Origin: Octopus bimaculoides
Taxonomy: Eukaryota
DNA length: 64,000 nt
Assembly (NCBI RefSeq): GCF_001194135.2
Contig: NC_068981.1
Span: 89,668,649 to 89,732,648, forward strand
Direction of reading: 5' to 3'
Shown here: positions 50,044 through 63,734 of the stretch, piece after piece
Numbering within the stretch: the stretch's first letter is position 1
How the letters are laid out: every line of letters begins with the position of its first letter
Notes under the pieces: generated by a model
The model's database searches: none
What the model saw: only the letters and a program-made list of their open reading frames with translations
Told to the model about the DNA's origin: nothing
Position numbers and translations under genes: made by a program

Positions 50044-53000
50044 NNNNNNNNNNNNNNNNNNNNNNNNNNNNNNNNNNNNNNNNNNNNNNNNNNNNNNNNN
50101 NNNNNNNNNNNNNNNNNNNNNNNNNNNNNNNNNNNNNNNNNNNNNNNNNNNNNNNNNNNNNNNNNNNNNNNNNNNNNNNNNNNNNNNNNNNNNNNNNNNN
50201 NNNNNNNNNNNNNNNNNNNNNNNNNNNNNNNNNNNNNNNNNNNNNNNNNNNNNNNNNNNNNNNNNNNNNNNNNNNNNNNNNNNNNNNNNNNNNNNNNNNN
50301 NNNNNNNNNNNNNNNNNNNNNNNNNNNNNNNNNNNNNNNNNNNNNNNNNNNNNNNNNNNNNNNNNNNNNNNNNNNNNNNNNNNNNNNNNNNNNNNNNNNN
50401 NNNNNNNNNNNNNNNNNNNNNNNNNNNNNNNNNNNNNNNNNNNNNNNNNNNNNNNNNNNNNNNNNNNNNNNNNNNNNNNNNNNNNNNNNNNNNNNNNNNN
50501 NNNNNNNNNNNNNNNNNNNNNNNNNNNNNNNNNNNNNNNNNNNNNNNNNNNNNNNNNNNNNNNNNNNNNNNNNNNNNNNNNNNNNNNNNNNNNNNNNNNN
50601 NNNNNNNNNNNNNNNNNNNNNNNNNNNNNNNNNNNNNNNNNNNNNNNNNNNNNNNNNNNNGAGAGAGAGAGAGAGAGAGAGAGAGTTCGTGAGTGTTTGT
50701 CTGTGTGTTTGATGAGACGAATAAAAAAGTACGAGCAAGACATGTAAAGGAGTGTAGGCGGAATAATGGCATAAGTAGCATCTGTGGGTTGGTGAATTCT
50801 TAATGTCAATGAATTGTTGCAGTAGATTATATTGTATTAATTTTACAGTAAAAGTCAATGAATATTTGTATTATTCCGAATTGTCATTGATAGGGGAATA
50901 TTTTATGTCTATTACTGTGATACCGTAGACGTAAAATGAAAAGTGAAGCCGGGAGATTAATCATAATAGCTTCTTTGAAATTTTACCATTTTTAAGGTTC
51001 GTTCAGTTAACATTACAACTTTGACGGTTATTTATTTTATAATAATCTAATTAAAGTAATACATGTATTTATCTTATTTCCTGGTTCTTATCCGATAGGC
51101 TTTTGGTGGCATAAAAAATTCATAATTGGTTTAATAATTTGGTATTTTCAACATTAATTTTCAGTATAGTTAGGTAAATTTGCGTAGGAACATGCGCTTA
51201 TATGCAAATTTTGGTTTCGAAGTTAACCTCCGAAGGTTGATTATTCGTAATAAATATAGATAGTTGCTATTGGGAGTGGATATTATTTGAAGGTATGGCT
51301 TCTGTCTATGAAAAGAAAAATGCATGCAAGGTGAATTATAGTAATGCAAAGTGTTATACAGAAGTGTAAAATTACGTAAAGAAAACATAATTTCATACAA
51401 TATTGTTTGATAAAATGTAATACATCATTTCATTTATATTAATAATGGCAGAAATATGACGTATCGGGATTTAATATATAATGTAACAGTGTGACATTAA
51501 TGAAAGTGGTGATAAAAAGGCCACAGAGTACGATTATCATGGCGTGTCTCAAACATACAATCAGACGTAGACAAATATAAACTTGCAAACGGGTATGTGC
51601 ATATTTAGATATACATACGCTCATACTTCCCCAAACGGGTAAGCTCGTCGTTACATATCAGAATGCATATACCTAAATAAACATATAGAAGGTTACTGTG
51701 ATAATGTTATACAATATGAAGACCAAATTATAGGTAGGCCTCATATAACAAATATTCCAATGCAAGTAAATAAATTCATATATATATATATATGTGTGTG
51801 TGTGTATGTATATATATATATATATATATATATNNNNNNNNNNNNNNNNNNNNNNNNNNNNNNNNNNNNNNNNNNNNNNNNNNNNNNNNNNNNNNNNNNN
51901 NNNNNNNNNNNNNNNNNNNNNNNNNNNNNNNNNNNNNNNNNNNNNNNNNNNNNNNNNNNNNNNNNNNNNNNNNNNNNNNNNNNNNNNNNNNNNNNNNNNN
52001 NNNNNNNNNNNNNNNNNNNNNNNNNNNNNNNNNNNNNNNNNNNNNNNNNNNNNNNNNNNNNNNNNNNNNNNNNNNNNNNNNNNNNNNNNNNNNNNNNNNN
52101 NNNNNNNNNNNNNNNNNNNNNNNNNNNNNNNNNNNNNNNNNNNNNNNNNNNNNNNNNNNNNNNNNNNNNNNNNNNNNNNNNNNNNNNNNNNNNNNNNNNN
52201 NNNNNNNNNNNNNNNNNNNNNNNNNNNNNNNNNNNNNNNNNNNNNNNNNNNNNNNNNNNNNNNNNNNNNNNNNNNNNNNNNNNNNNNNNNNNNNNNNNNN
52301 NNNNNNNNNNNNNNNNNNNNNNNNNNNNNNNNNNNNNNNNNNNNNNNNNNNNNNNNNNNNNNNNNNNNNNNNNNNNNNNNNNNNNNNNNNNNNNNNNNNN
52401 NNNNNNNNNNNNNNNNNNNNNNNNNNNNNNNNNNNNNNNNNNNNNNNNNNNNNNNNNNNNNNNNNNNNNNNNNNNNNNNNNNNNNNNNNNNNNNNNNNNN
52501 NNNNNNNNNNNNNNNNNNNNNNNNNNNNNNNNNNNNNNNNNNNNNNNNNNNNNNNNNNNNNNNNNNNNNNNNNNNNNNNNNNNNNNNNNNNNNNNNNNNN
52601 NNNNNNNNNNNNNNNNNATATATATATATATATATATATATACATACACACAAATGCACAGACAACTGAAGCATTTATCAACGAAAGAAGATTCTTATGT
52701 AAATTGTGAACGCACCCAATCCTACTACTAGGAATGTCTGAACAAACATATATAGAATCATATAAATAATCATATAGTGATATAATTACATGGAGGTGCA
52801 CTAATATCGTCATAGATATGCAAAAACACTAATTAACACAATTCTACATAAATGATTATAAGGAGACTGTAATAAGATATAAAACAGGAAGTGCCGAAGT
52901 AAAAAAATTATACTTTGAGAATAAAAGGTTTGAGAAATATCTTGAAAGGCGCATATTCGTGAAAGAATGGAGATGTGTTGTGTAGAAGGAACAATAGCAA

Positions 53001-54035
53001 ATATTGTATAAGTGCAATGACAAATGAATAGATGTACGTTGTATTAATTTTGCTGTATCACCAAGGTTAGTACAGTATTCCAAATATTCAATGGAATTGG
53101 ATAATACTGGACCTATTATGAAAATAAAAATTCAGGAAATGTAAAATGAATACTTTTAGAATTAANNNNNNNNNNTGTTAAACAGAAGAATAGGAAGTGG
53201 GACACGTACATTGATTTATATTGGACAAATGAGAGCAGAATGACCAATACACCTTGTAAGGATATGGTGTTATTGAAATGGTAAATATATCTCGTGATTT
53301 GATTTTCACGCGGTTGCAATCTTCAGATGGGAACAGTTACAATTCGTAACTAGTGATGTATGTTTTATTCTTTGGTCTGTGTGCAGTCTAGCCGTTGTGT
53401 TTGTTCATTAGTTTACGTTTAGGATTTCTTGACTGAGTGCTGGTTTCTTTTACCTCTTCATTGGTTCTTTATTTTTGTGATGTATTTTTCTTTGTATTTC
53501 TTGTAATTGTTGGTAGGCCTATGTATTAACTTGATCATGATTTGTTCGTAAGTTAGTTTTGGGACGTGTTTTCTCTTTTCTGTGTCTGTGAAAAGTGTGT
53601 AATGTAGTGAATCTTGTTTCATCCATACTTCTCGAACATACATGCAAAACAAGAATAACCTTTCACCAACTCACGAAAAAAGCAGCGCTTAATTAATATA
53701 TACGGAATGCAAAACGATAAACTAGCGCAATCACTAGACCACGTGATTATCAACAATTAGAAAACTCTACATCACAAAAACTTACGTAAAAAACGTATGA
53801 AGAGGCGACGAATAAAAAAAATCGATCAGCGTGCAGCGAAAACCACTAGACAAGCAAAGGCACTAGATCTTAGACACACAAACCAAAGGACATACATGTA
53901 TTACCAGCAGAACGTTATAACAGTTGTTGCCTTAAGATCGCATGCGCGTGAAACTCGTGTCACGAGACACACTTTCTATTTCAATACAACTGTGTGTGGG
54001 AGAGGGGAAGAGTGTATTTGTGTGTATATGGTATG

Positions 54036-54076
<41 letters not shown>

Positions 54077-54708
54077 GGTGTATACATACGTTGTATTTCG
54101 GCAACAAGTAAGCAAAAGTCCAAATATTCGGCTGTAGAGACAGCAGAGGTTTCTTCAATATAGAAGATGCGAGACTTGGAAGGGGCAGTGTCACCAGGGT
54201 TAGTGCTAAGTTGACAGAAGCTGGAGTGTGAGCAACACCGAATGTATCACCTGGGTGTGGGTACACCTAATGACTCTATCACTGATGATGTTTCGAGATG
54301 CATCACAGGATGATGTGTAGAAAATTGTGTTTCATAAGAACATATATGTATATGTTTTCATAAAACACAACATACATGTGTGTGTGTACGATATATATAT
54401 ATATGTATATATNNNNNNNNNNNNNNNNNNNNNNNNNNNNNNNNNNNNNNNNNNNNNNNNNNNNNNNNNNNNNNNNNNNNNNNNNNNNNNNNNNNNNNNN
54501 NNNNNNNNNNNNNNNNNNNNNNNNNNNNNNNNNNNNNNNNNNNNNNNNNNNNNNNNNNNNNNNNNNNNNNNNNNNNNNNNNNNNNNNNNNNNNNNNNNNN
54601 NNNNNNNNNNNNNNNNNNNNNNNNNNNNNNNNNNNNNNNNNNNNNNNNNNNNNNNNNNNNNNNNNNNNNNNNNNNNTATATATATATATTATATATATAT
54701 ATATATAA

Positions 54709-55840
54709 AACTTAGATATGTTTCGACCAAAGATTGGCCCAGGCCATGTCTAACTTAATAGCACCACCTGATAGGATTATCTAAATGCTTTTTACATCAA
54801 AGTTTGTTTATGGTCCATTCAAGCAGTGAGTTCTTGTTGAGTGTGTCGTATCCAAGTATGGGTGGCTTATCTGGTATTCCTTGAAGAAATCTGTCCAGAC
54901 TTCGTTTAAAGGTGATGGGATCCTTTTCCTCTTTGGTCAGTTTTGGGACAATGTTAAACAGGACAGGGCCTGTTGAGGAAAAGAAATTGTGTCGCAGTGC
55001 ACCTATACGTTGTGATCCTGAATTGGGCAGAGGACTATGGCCCGTGCTCCTAGCCTTGGATGAACCTTGAAACTAATGTTCAGGTCGTTTGGGCAATGCT
55101 GGCGGTATATTCAGCACACCGTACAAACGATGTACCGACCGCGGCGGCCCTGGAGAGTGGAGAGTTTCAAGGCTTTAAGGCGGTCCCAGTAATCGAGATC
55201 AGTCATGCCTTCAATTCATTGAGTGAGTGCCCTCTGGGGTGATTCAATTTTCGAGATGTTTTGTTTTGCATGGGGCACAAGGGGTAGCAATATTCGAGGT
55301 GTGGCCGTACAAAGGAGGAGAAAAGTGGAATGATGACACCTCGTTCTCTGGACAAGAAGGTTTTTAAGATCCAGGAGCTCATCCTACGAGCTATGTCGAC
55401 GACCATATTCTTGATGTGGGAACTCTAATTAAGATTGTTATCAACAATTACACCTAGGTCTCTGATATTATTAGATGCTGTGAGCGGTTCCCCCGAAGGA
55501 AGAGAGTATGGCTGTTTTAGCATAGTCTTTCTTCCAAAATGCATCAGCTCAATTTTTCCCTCGTTTAGTTACATTTTGTTTTTGTCTGCTCATTAACTCA
55601 CAGCATATAGATCAGACTGGAGTTGAGCTCGGTCTTCTTCATTGATGATTTGCTGGAGCTTAGTGTCATTAGCAAATATTTTCATTTTGCATTGATTTAC
55701 GACGATGCAAAGGTCGTTTGTGTAAATTATAAAGAGGAGCGGGTTCAAGACAGTCCCCCGAGGGACACCACTGGTGACTTTTTCTGGGCTTAAGTGGACT
55801 CCATCAACCACAAAATGTTGTGTTCTATTCGCCAGGAAAG
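54709..55840 (-). mobile_element. 5'-truncated CR1/L2-like LINE (RT C-terminus + 3' UTR), decayed
   Basis: SGVPRGTVLNPLLFIIYTNDL...IFANDTK (degenerate QG and ADD motifs) and VRPHLEYC. The 3' tail is also present at 15967-16035. Confidence 0.85.
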
Positions 55841-55878
<38 letters not shown>

Positions 55879-55949
55879 TATATATATGCATCATATGTTA
55901 GGTTGAAGAAAAAGTCTGTGCGCCGTGTTAAGCATTATTTTAACACGGC

Positions 55950-56410
55950 ATTATTTCTAAAATCTTCTGGACGATCTCCTTTTTAAAGTTGGTGAATGCT
56001 GCCATAATCCTTGCCTTCAGTTCATCTTTGGTATTACAAGGGCAGCACTACCTCTCCAGGCACTGGATGTAGACCTCCGTGTTGAATCTGAGACGGCATG
56101 TGAAGATGAATGGAGGCATAACAACGCCATCACTAGTGATCACTCCAAACATCATTTTGATTGGTTCTTTGATTTTTATCACTCTCAGTACAGTTCCACT
56201 GATTGCACTGTCCTCAGCTTGATCCACACACACTCTGAAATGTTCGTACTGGAGCTTCTGGCAGAGTGAATTGCGTCATGGTGCTGGTTTTCCTATAGAC
56301 AGTGCCAAACTGACCCTACTATACTTTGTAGTCGCCAAAATCAAAAACAAATAATGCGTGTGCATGAAATTAAAATATAAAATGGCACCAATTTACCCAT
56401 CGCACCCTGT
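55950..56410 (-). mobile_element. Internally deleted Tc1/mariner-type transposon fragment
   Basis: MMFGVITSDGVVMPPFIFTCRLRFNTEVYIQCLE. Terminal CAGGGTGCGATGGGTAAATTGGTGCC next to TA. Confidence 0.7.
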
Positions 56411-56413
56411 ATG

Positions 56414-56448
<35 letters not shown>

Positions 56449-56539
56449 GTAGTAACAGGAAAGGAGGAATTTCGATTATCCCCACGTGGTGAGTTGTAAT
56501 ATATATAAAAGAAATTAAAAAAGGAAAATACACACACTT

Positions 56540-57293
56540 TACATAGTTTTCATATAACTTTTAATATATCGACCGGTTTCGCTTTCGCTATTCATGATAT
56601 TAAGGTTTACTTATTTGAATATGTATTTTTTTAAGAAGAAATGTTTGTCCATGTTGTGTGTGATGATATTTACGAGTGAATGACTTCACAAGTAGAAATA
56701 TAAGGGGAGGTAATTGGTTATCGTTATTATTGTTATTGTTGTGGGCAAGGGAGATAACTGTTCAGCTTTCGTTAAGGGGAGGGGAATATATATACACACA
56801 AAAAAGTTTCGAAAAACTTCTTCCGTGAGGGGATTTATGTACAGTGATGTAATCGTGAATTGAAATATGTAAAAAGATAAAAGTTGGTTATGCTTGCATA
56901 TTAAGACGTGTTCTGTATTTTTCGATGAAAAAAGTTTCTTTATTTAAACGTTCTTGTGGAGAAATTGTGTCTTTGCACTGGTAGAAGGGGAAGACTGTGA
57001 AATTTGGTTTGATGGTATCTGCACATTTTTCTATATGTTCACTGAGAGGAATTTGTCTGTATTGCGGGAAATGGATTTGCTCTGAGCGGTTTTCCGTCTC
57101 AAGGTCATACTCGTCTGTCCAATATAGTTGTGTCCACAACCCGAGCAGGTTATTACATAAATTACTTCCTCAGAGACATAAGTGAAACTAGATTTAATTG
57201 TGGAAATCTGTCCTTGTTTGAAAACGAAATCCGAGCCTTCAAGTAAGTTTGGGCAGTTTCCGCAGTTTGGGCGTCCACATTTGCTTTGGCATT
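56540..57293 (-). mobile_element. 5'-truncated Penelope-like element (Cys-rich motif + GIY-YIG, Neptune/Poseidon-like)
   Basis: Minus strand reads CQSKCGRPNCGNCPNLLEG...VIYVITCSGCGHNYIGQTSMTLRR, then after a frameshift QIHFPQYRQIPLSEHIEKC...ERLNKETFFIEKY. A hammerhead motif lies downstream. Confidence 0.85.
56566..56600 (-). ncRNA. Minimal type I hammerhead motif with A3-U8 core variant
   Basis: Minus strand: ATATC-ATGAATA-GC-GAAA-GC-GAAAC-CG-GTC-GATAT. Confidence 0.7.
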
Positions 57294-57951
57294 ATATATA
57301 TATATATATAAAACCTAATATATACACTCAAACTCACTAATATGTATTGATATATACATCTATGTCAACTCATGTTCGTTTACGACCTCTTCTCGGACAT
57401 GGACGCGACATTTTGAAGCACAGCACCAGAGAGGAGTCGTACGGGCGGCCAGAGAATCGCGACTGCTACCGCATATGCGAGAGCAGATGCGTGCATTATA
57501 AGCGAAGAAATAACAAAAAGTATCCATTAAAATATATAACAAAATATAGAAGGAAATATCAAAAGTTTATAGCTAAATGAAATGAAGTTGTCAGTATTTT
57601 TGATTTGTTTTATATCACCCCTTTTTAGGAAGCTTCCTTAGAAACGGAATCATATACAAACTCATAAATGCAGGAAGACTGTTATTTTGCCTTTGAAATA
57701 CCAGACTCGAAGTTTAACAAAGTTACCAACGATAACAACATAATCGGTAATGTAATGTTTTGAAGGAACAGAGGTGAAAAAAGAGACACACAAGCATGGA
57801 CCTTCAGGCATAAACAGATAGAAAGAAATACACGGTAAGACTTACAGAGATATGTTTAAACACGGATATTGACCTAGATAATTATTTTCAAATAAATATG
57901 TTTGTAACTTTGTGTTCACTCAAAACACACTGCTACACATATAAGCAACAG

Positions 57952-58236
57952 ATACGATCAACGGAACAGCCTGCTCGTGAAATTAACGTGCAAGTGACTG
58001 AGCAATCCACAGACACGTGTACCCCTAATGTAGTTCTCAGGGAGATTCAGCGTGACACAGTGTGTGACAAGGCCGGCCCTTTGAAATACAGGTACTACTC
58101 ATTTTTGCCAGCTGAGTGGACTGGAGCAACGTGAAATAAAGTGTCTTGCTCAAGGACACAACGCGTCGCCGGGAATTGAACACACGACCTTACGATCGTG
58201 AGCCGAATGCCCTAACCACTAAGCCACGCGCCTTCA
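57952..58236 (-). mobile_element. tRNA-derived SINE (family B head + family A core)
   Basis: Head as in 13400-13485. 57952-58090 matches the family A core (gatcaacggaacagcctgctcgtgaaattaacgtgcaag). Confidence 0.82.
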
Positions 58237-58862
58237 TACACATAAACATACAACCAGTATATCATTCATTATATAAATGTGTGTGCACGGAATTTTACAA
58301 TATAATGCCGATTGCAGTGAAAACTATTTGTGAGAAAGAAACTTTCTGCAGAGTGACTCGAAATGCTAGAAACAGTAACCAATTATCCATCAAATCTCAC
58401 CCTACTGTCTGAAATACTTTTGGGAAATATATGTATATCTGCATGCTTTCATACATATGTGTGTAATTGTGTGCAAGGACATGACTGTGTATGAATTTAG
58501 ATATATATATCCATAAATAAATTTCCAGTAATAGTTGCAATTTCGTTCGGTTGGAGAAAAACAAAACATTCGAAAACGACCGCAAAAGTTATGAGGGTGG
58601 GTGGTCACTCTAGAATTTTGCGCCGTTTTTTTTTTCGTATATCTAGCGATACATATACGATGTCTTCTTCCTTTTTCAAGACGGTAGGGTGTGAAATTAG
58701 TGCATTTGGTTACTATTTTCTGGTAGGTCAAGTCATTACATATTCTTTTGCAGGCTATTCCTAATAGTAACCCACGTCATTTCCCAAACGCAGGCTTTAA
58801 GATAGCGCAAAACCGTTAGTATAAGTAAATATATATATACATGTATATATACATGTATATAT

Positions 58863-58946
<84 letters not shown>

Positions 58947-59392
58947 NNNNNNNNNNNNNNNNNNNNNNNNNNNNNNNNNNNNNNNNNNNNNNNNNNNNNN
59001 NNNNNNNNNNNNNNNNNNNNNNNNNNNNNNNNNNNNNNNNNNNNNNNNNNNNNNNNNNNNNNNNNNNNNNNNNNNNNNNNNNNNNNNNNNNNNNNNNNNN
59101 NNNNNNNNNNNNNNNNNNNNNNNNNNNNNNNNNNNNNNNNNNNNNNNNNNNNNNNNNNNNNNNNNNNNNNNNNNNNNNNNNNNNNNNNNNNNNNNNNNNN
59201 NNNNNNNNNNNNNNNNNNNNNNNNNNNNNNNNNNNNNNNNNNNNNNNNNNNNNNNNNNNNNNNNNNNNNNNNNNNNNNNNNNNNNNNNNNNNNNNNNNNN
59301 NNNNNNNNNNNNNNNNNNNNNNNNNNNNNNNNNNNNNNNNNNNNNNNNNNNNNNNNNNNNNNTACATACATATATATATATATACATACATA

Positions 59393-59425
<33 letters not shown>

Positions 59426-59435
59426 ATATGTATGT

Positions 59436-59481
<46 letters not shown>

Positions 59482-59954
59482 TTAATCCGATACTCAACCA
59501 TCATAGGTTTCGCGCGATTATATCCGCAGTTAGTCAATCAGTGTTTGGGTGATGGATGATGACGCCACAATTTGAACTCGAGAGACGGTTACATTATATA
59601 ATCTAGTTGCAAGGGAATATTATGTATAAAGAAAAGTAACAATTAAAAGAACGTAGTATTTGTTTTTTTCCCTTTTGGGTTCTCTTACCTAAAAATTTTT
59701 AGAAATATCATTGTATTATCTGAATTAATATAACACCGAAGGTCTTTTCTGCATTTTTGTGAGTTTTATTGCTTAACTCGTGTGTTTGCTGTATACAATG
59801 ACATTCTAATTCATATTAACTATATAATATGTGGTTTGAGAGTATATTGGCTGTGTAGTTTTACCACGTCGTGGTTTCAATGCGCCTGCAACATGGATAG
59901 CTGTCAATAGAGGTTGCCGAATAGGAACTGTAACACTATTTCCTTGTACATATA

Positions 59955-60094
59955 CAGTAATGCCTCGATTTTCGAGTTAATTCGTTCCTGGAGAACGTTC
60001 GTAAAGCGAAAACTCGTAAACAGAAAATAAAACTGGTAAAACTCGTAAACCCGGGGTCTCGTAAAGCGAGTCAGCGTAAAGTGAAGTATTACTG
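59955..60094. mobile_element. pogo/Tigger-type MITE
   Basis: TA-flanked imperfect TIRs CAGTAATGCCTCGATTTTCG / CGTAAAGTGAAGTATTACTG. Internal repeated (CT)CGTAAA motifs. Confidence 0.75.
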
Positions 60095-60934
60095 TATTTT
60101 TTTGCTTTGGCACTAAAAGAAGTTACGTTGTCAAAAATCTCATAAATCTCATACGACACTCTGAAAGGTTAAAATGGTGGAGGTGCCTTCTATTATCCAA
60201 ACGCTGATTACATAATTGTGAAGATGTTCGCATGAAACTTAAAATGTCGAGCAACGGAATTGTCTTAAAAAGAGAGTTACTTACCCATCGAGATGATGCT
60301 GAGAATTCACATGATATATATATGTATGTGTGTGGGTGGGTGTGTGTGTGTGTATGTATGTATGTATCTATGTATATTAAGACAATGGATCTAGTCAGAA
60401 CTTTGGATAATTTTTCATTTAGCGTTCTCATCATGATCAAGATATTCATCATGAATGAATTTTTTTTTACAGAAAATTTGTGTATTTTACATATATGTAA
60501 GTTAGTTGAAGAAATCTGGAACTGAATCTCTTCTGGGTTCAACTCCAGCTTTATTCAATTAAATCAAATAATATATATATATATATATATAAGTTATAAA
60601 TTCCCTGTAAAACATTCACGAGGAATCTCTCTGACACNNNNNNNNNNNNNNNNNNNNNNNNNNNNNNNNNNNNNNNNNNNNNNNNNNNNNNNNNNNNNNN
60701 NNNNNNNNNNNNNNNNNNNNNNNNNNNNNNNNNNNNNNNNNNNNNNNNNNNNNNNNNNNNNNNNNNNNNNNNNNNNNNNNNNNNNNNNNNNNNNNNNNNN
60801 NNNNNNNNNNNNNNNNNNNNNNNNNNNNNNNNNNNNNNNNNNNNNNNNNNNNNNNNNNNNNNNNNNNNNNNNNNNNNNNNNNNNNNNNNNNNNNNNNNNN
60901 NNNNNNNNNNNNNNNNNNNNNNNNNNNNNNNNNN

Positions 60935-60969
<35 letters not shown>

Positions 60970-61461
60970 GTACACCACAACAAACATATACATACATACA
61001 TATACACATACATATACACATACATATATGTATTATACAATACCATACCATACATACACGCACACACGCATACATATCGATATTGTATATTCTTTTGCTT
61101 TTGTTTGGTTCTGCAACAAAAGTACTCATTGCATTTAGAAATTATTGATAGTTAATTATAATATGTGCTTAGAAAAAGAAAGTTTTAAAAATGATTGAAG
61201 CCATGAAGCAGGCATTCAGTAACTTTTACTCATTTGGATGATAGTCAATTGTTCCAGCAGTCAGAAGGTTTGTTCATCAATTTCAAACCTTTAGTTGATA
61301 CAACTGCCGACCGTTGATGCATTGCACTGAAACTCAAGTTAGTTGGGATTAGCGTAACATTTGCCAATATAGTATGAAACGTACAATAATTATGTGCATG
61401 TGTGCGTGTGTGTGTAAATACATATATATATATGCGTGTGTGTGTGTGTGTATATATATAC

Positions 61462-61523
<62 letters not shown>

Positions 61524-61542
61524 ATATATGTATGTACGTATG

Positions 61543-61583
<41 letters not shown>

Positions 61584-63019
61584 TTGATAGATAAATAGAT
61601 AGATACGTACATATACATACATACAAGCATATATGTATATATATGAATGCATCTATAAATACATATATATTCATATATATATATATGCACATACATATAC
61701 ATATATATATGTGCGCTATGTATACACGACCACATACGGGAGTATGTGCATACATATGCATATCTGTATGCGCACAATTAATAATTAGTCCGTTTTATGT
61801 ATATACGAAATGACCTTTGGACACCTATACTAAGGAAGGTTGTGACCTAGTCACATTTACTCATATTTATCTTTGCATTTATGTTGATATTGCTTTTGNN
61901 NNNNNNNNNNNNNNNNNTATATATATACATATATATATATATTCATATATATATATATGCACATACATATACATATATATATGTGCGCTATGTATACACG
62001 ACCACATACGGGAGTATGTGCATACATATGCATATCTGTATGCGCACAATTAATAATTAGTCCGTTTTATGTATATACGAAATGACCTTTGGACACCTAT
62101 ACTAAGGAAGGTTGTGACCTAGTCACATTTACTCATATTTATCTTTGCATTTATGTTGATATTGCTTTTGGTTTCATTCCATATGTTGACAGACTCCCCT
62201 GACCCTTTTTCATGTGCTCTATTTCTCACTATGCATTCTTATCTTTCTGTTCCTCTTACTCTATGTTTAGAAGTATTTATTTACTTAAATATTCACTTCC
62301 CTTAGTTTTACCTTGTTGTTTGAATAAATATCCTTCTTATGGTTGGTTGTCAAACTGATTTTACTTCCTTTTCGTTTTACTCTTCCTGTTGCTTTTCTTG
62401 TCTCTTCTTTTTTCCCTCACTCAATATTCTCTACTTTAGATTTTCTCTCTGTCCCTTTCTCTTGTTTCTTAGAACACCCCTTTACCTCTCTCTGCCAACT
62501 GATTTCTTTCTACTTCCCTCTCAAAATACTTATAAGATACCAACTCTAGACTTCAGTTCTCAGTAATGTAGGGCATTAAAGTCCTCCCTCATGATCTGTT
62601 GCGGTTACGCATCTAATAGTGCTTCGAGCATCCAATGCGAGATTCTAAAAACCACAATGGTGAAATGCACATAGAAGCAGCCATTTTGTGTCTAATTGTA
62701 ATTTCTCATAGATATACACACATAAAATGCATACATGTAAACATATATATATATATGTACAAACGCATTATTTCAACATCAACTTTGTTAACCAGCTTAA
62801 CGTGGGAATTTTTGCCTGGATATCGCCTTTATATGCTTTCAGTTTTTTCCTTCTATCTTTTCCATCCTACGCATTATTCCGAAGAACGACTATATCCGAA
62901 ACGTCATAATTAATATTCATATATATATTCCCCGGACCTGCTTTCGGATATTCGTTGTTCATATATATATATATATATATATATACTTATATATATGTAT
63001 GTATGCATATATAAATATA

Positions 63020-63052
<33 letters not shown>

Positions 63053-63676
63053 GTCACTGGGGCATGAAGATGCTAAGCAGTTGTTGCAACTCAACTCAAT
63101 ATGCTTATGCATTATGGAAAAGCACCAGGGAAATACAGAGTATAGTATCAAAAATGAAATGACAAAAGAACAGAAGTTATATAATTATATTCACTTGCCT
63201 TCCTCTGATTCCTTTATCAAAAGCATCGTACTCGTAGCCGAGTGCTCGGGCGACACCTTAAAGCTTCCTTGAAACCATTTAAATGATTCACTTCATTTAA
63301 ATAGTTCCGAGGTAGATTTCAGATGTCACAAGTCCACTCACCTATGAGCGCCAAGCTTCCTATAGCAGAGACAATTTACAGTTTAGAAAAACATCTTACG
63401 TAACTCCTATGCCTATAAATTACGTAACTCATATTCCTTTGTCACACACATGGTGCGCTCACCATAATTTGGATTCTTTCTCAGAGTGTACCATCTATCA
63501 ATTTCAGTAAAATAAATCTGTAGATATTCGGAAAGGGAACGAACTTTGGTTAAGTCACTTCTAGTATTGGCATATTAATAATTATGAAGGAAAACGGAAA
63601 GATTGAGAATTGCTTCAGGTGTCAGGAATATGAATATATTATATAAAATAAATACAGTGCAGGAAGAAGAAGACAA

Positions 63677-63734
<58 letters not shown>

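Noticed and set aside
53230-53300. IYHFNNT resembling the nucleotidase HFND motif
   Set aside because: It lacks the catalytic Asp and downstream GGAARF/SGD context, and I see no convincing splice sites.
53290-53330. CTGAAGA-T-TGC(aacc)GCG-T-GAAAA on the minus strand, hammerhead-like
   Set aside because: No NUH triplet or helix I partner follows.
57347-57580. CpG-rich patch with a 77-aa ORF, a possible promoter or first exon
   Set aside because: No recognisable homology, splice signals or core promoter that I can support.
61668-62170. ~230-bp exact tandem duplication either side of a 19-N gap
   Set aside because: This is the typical signature of overlapping contig ends left unmerged, so it is likely an assembly artefact.
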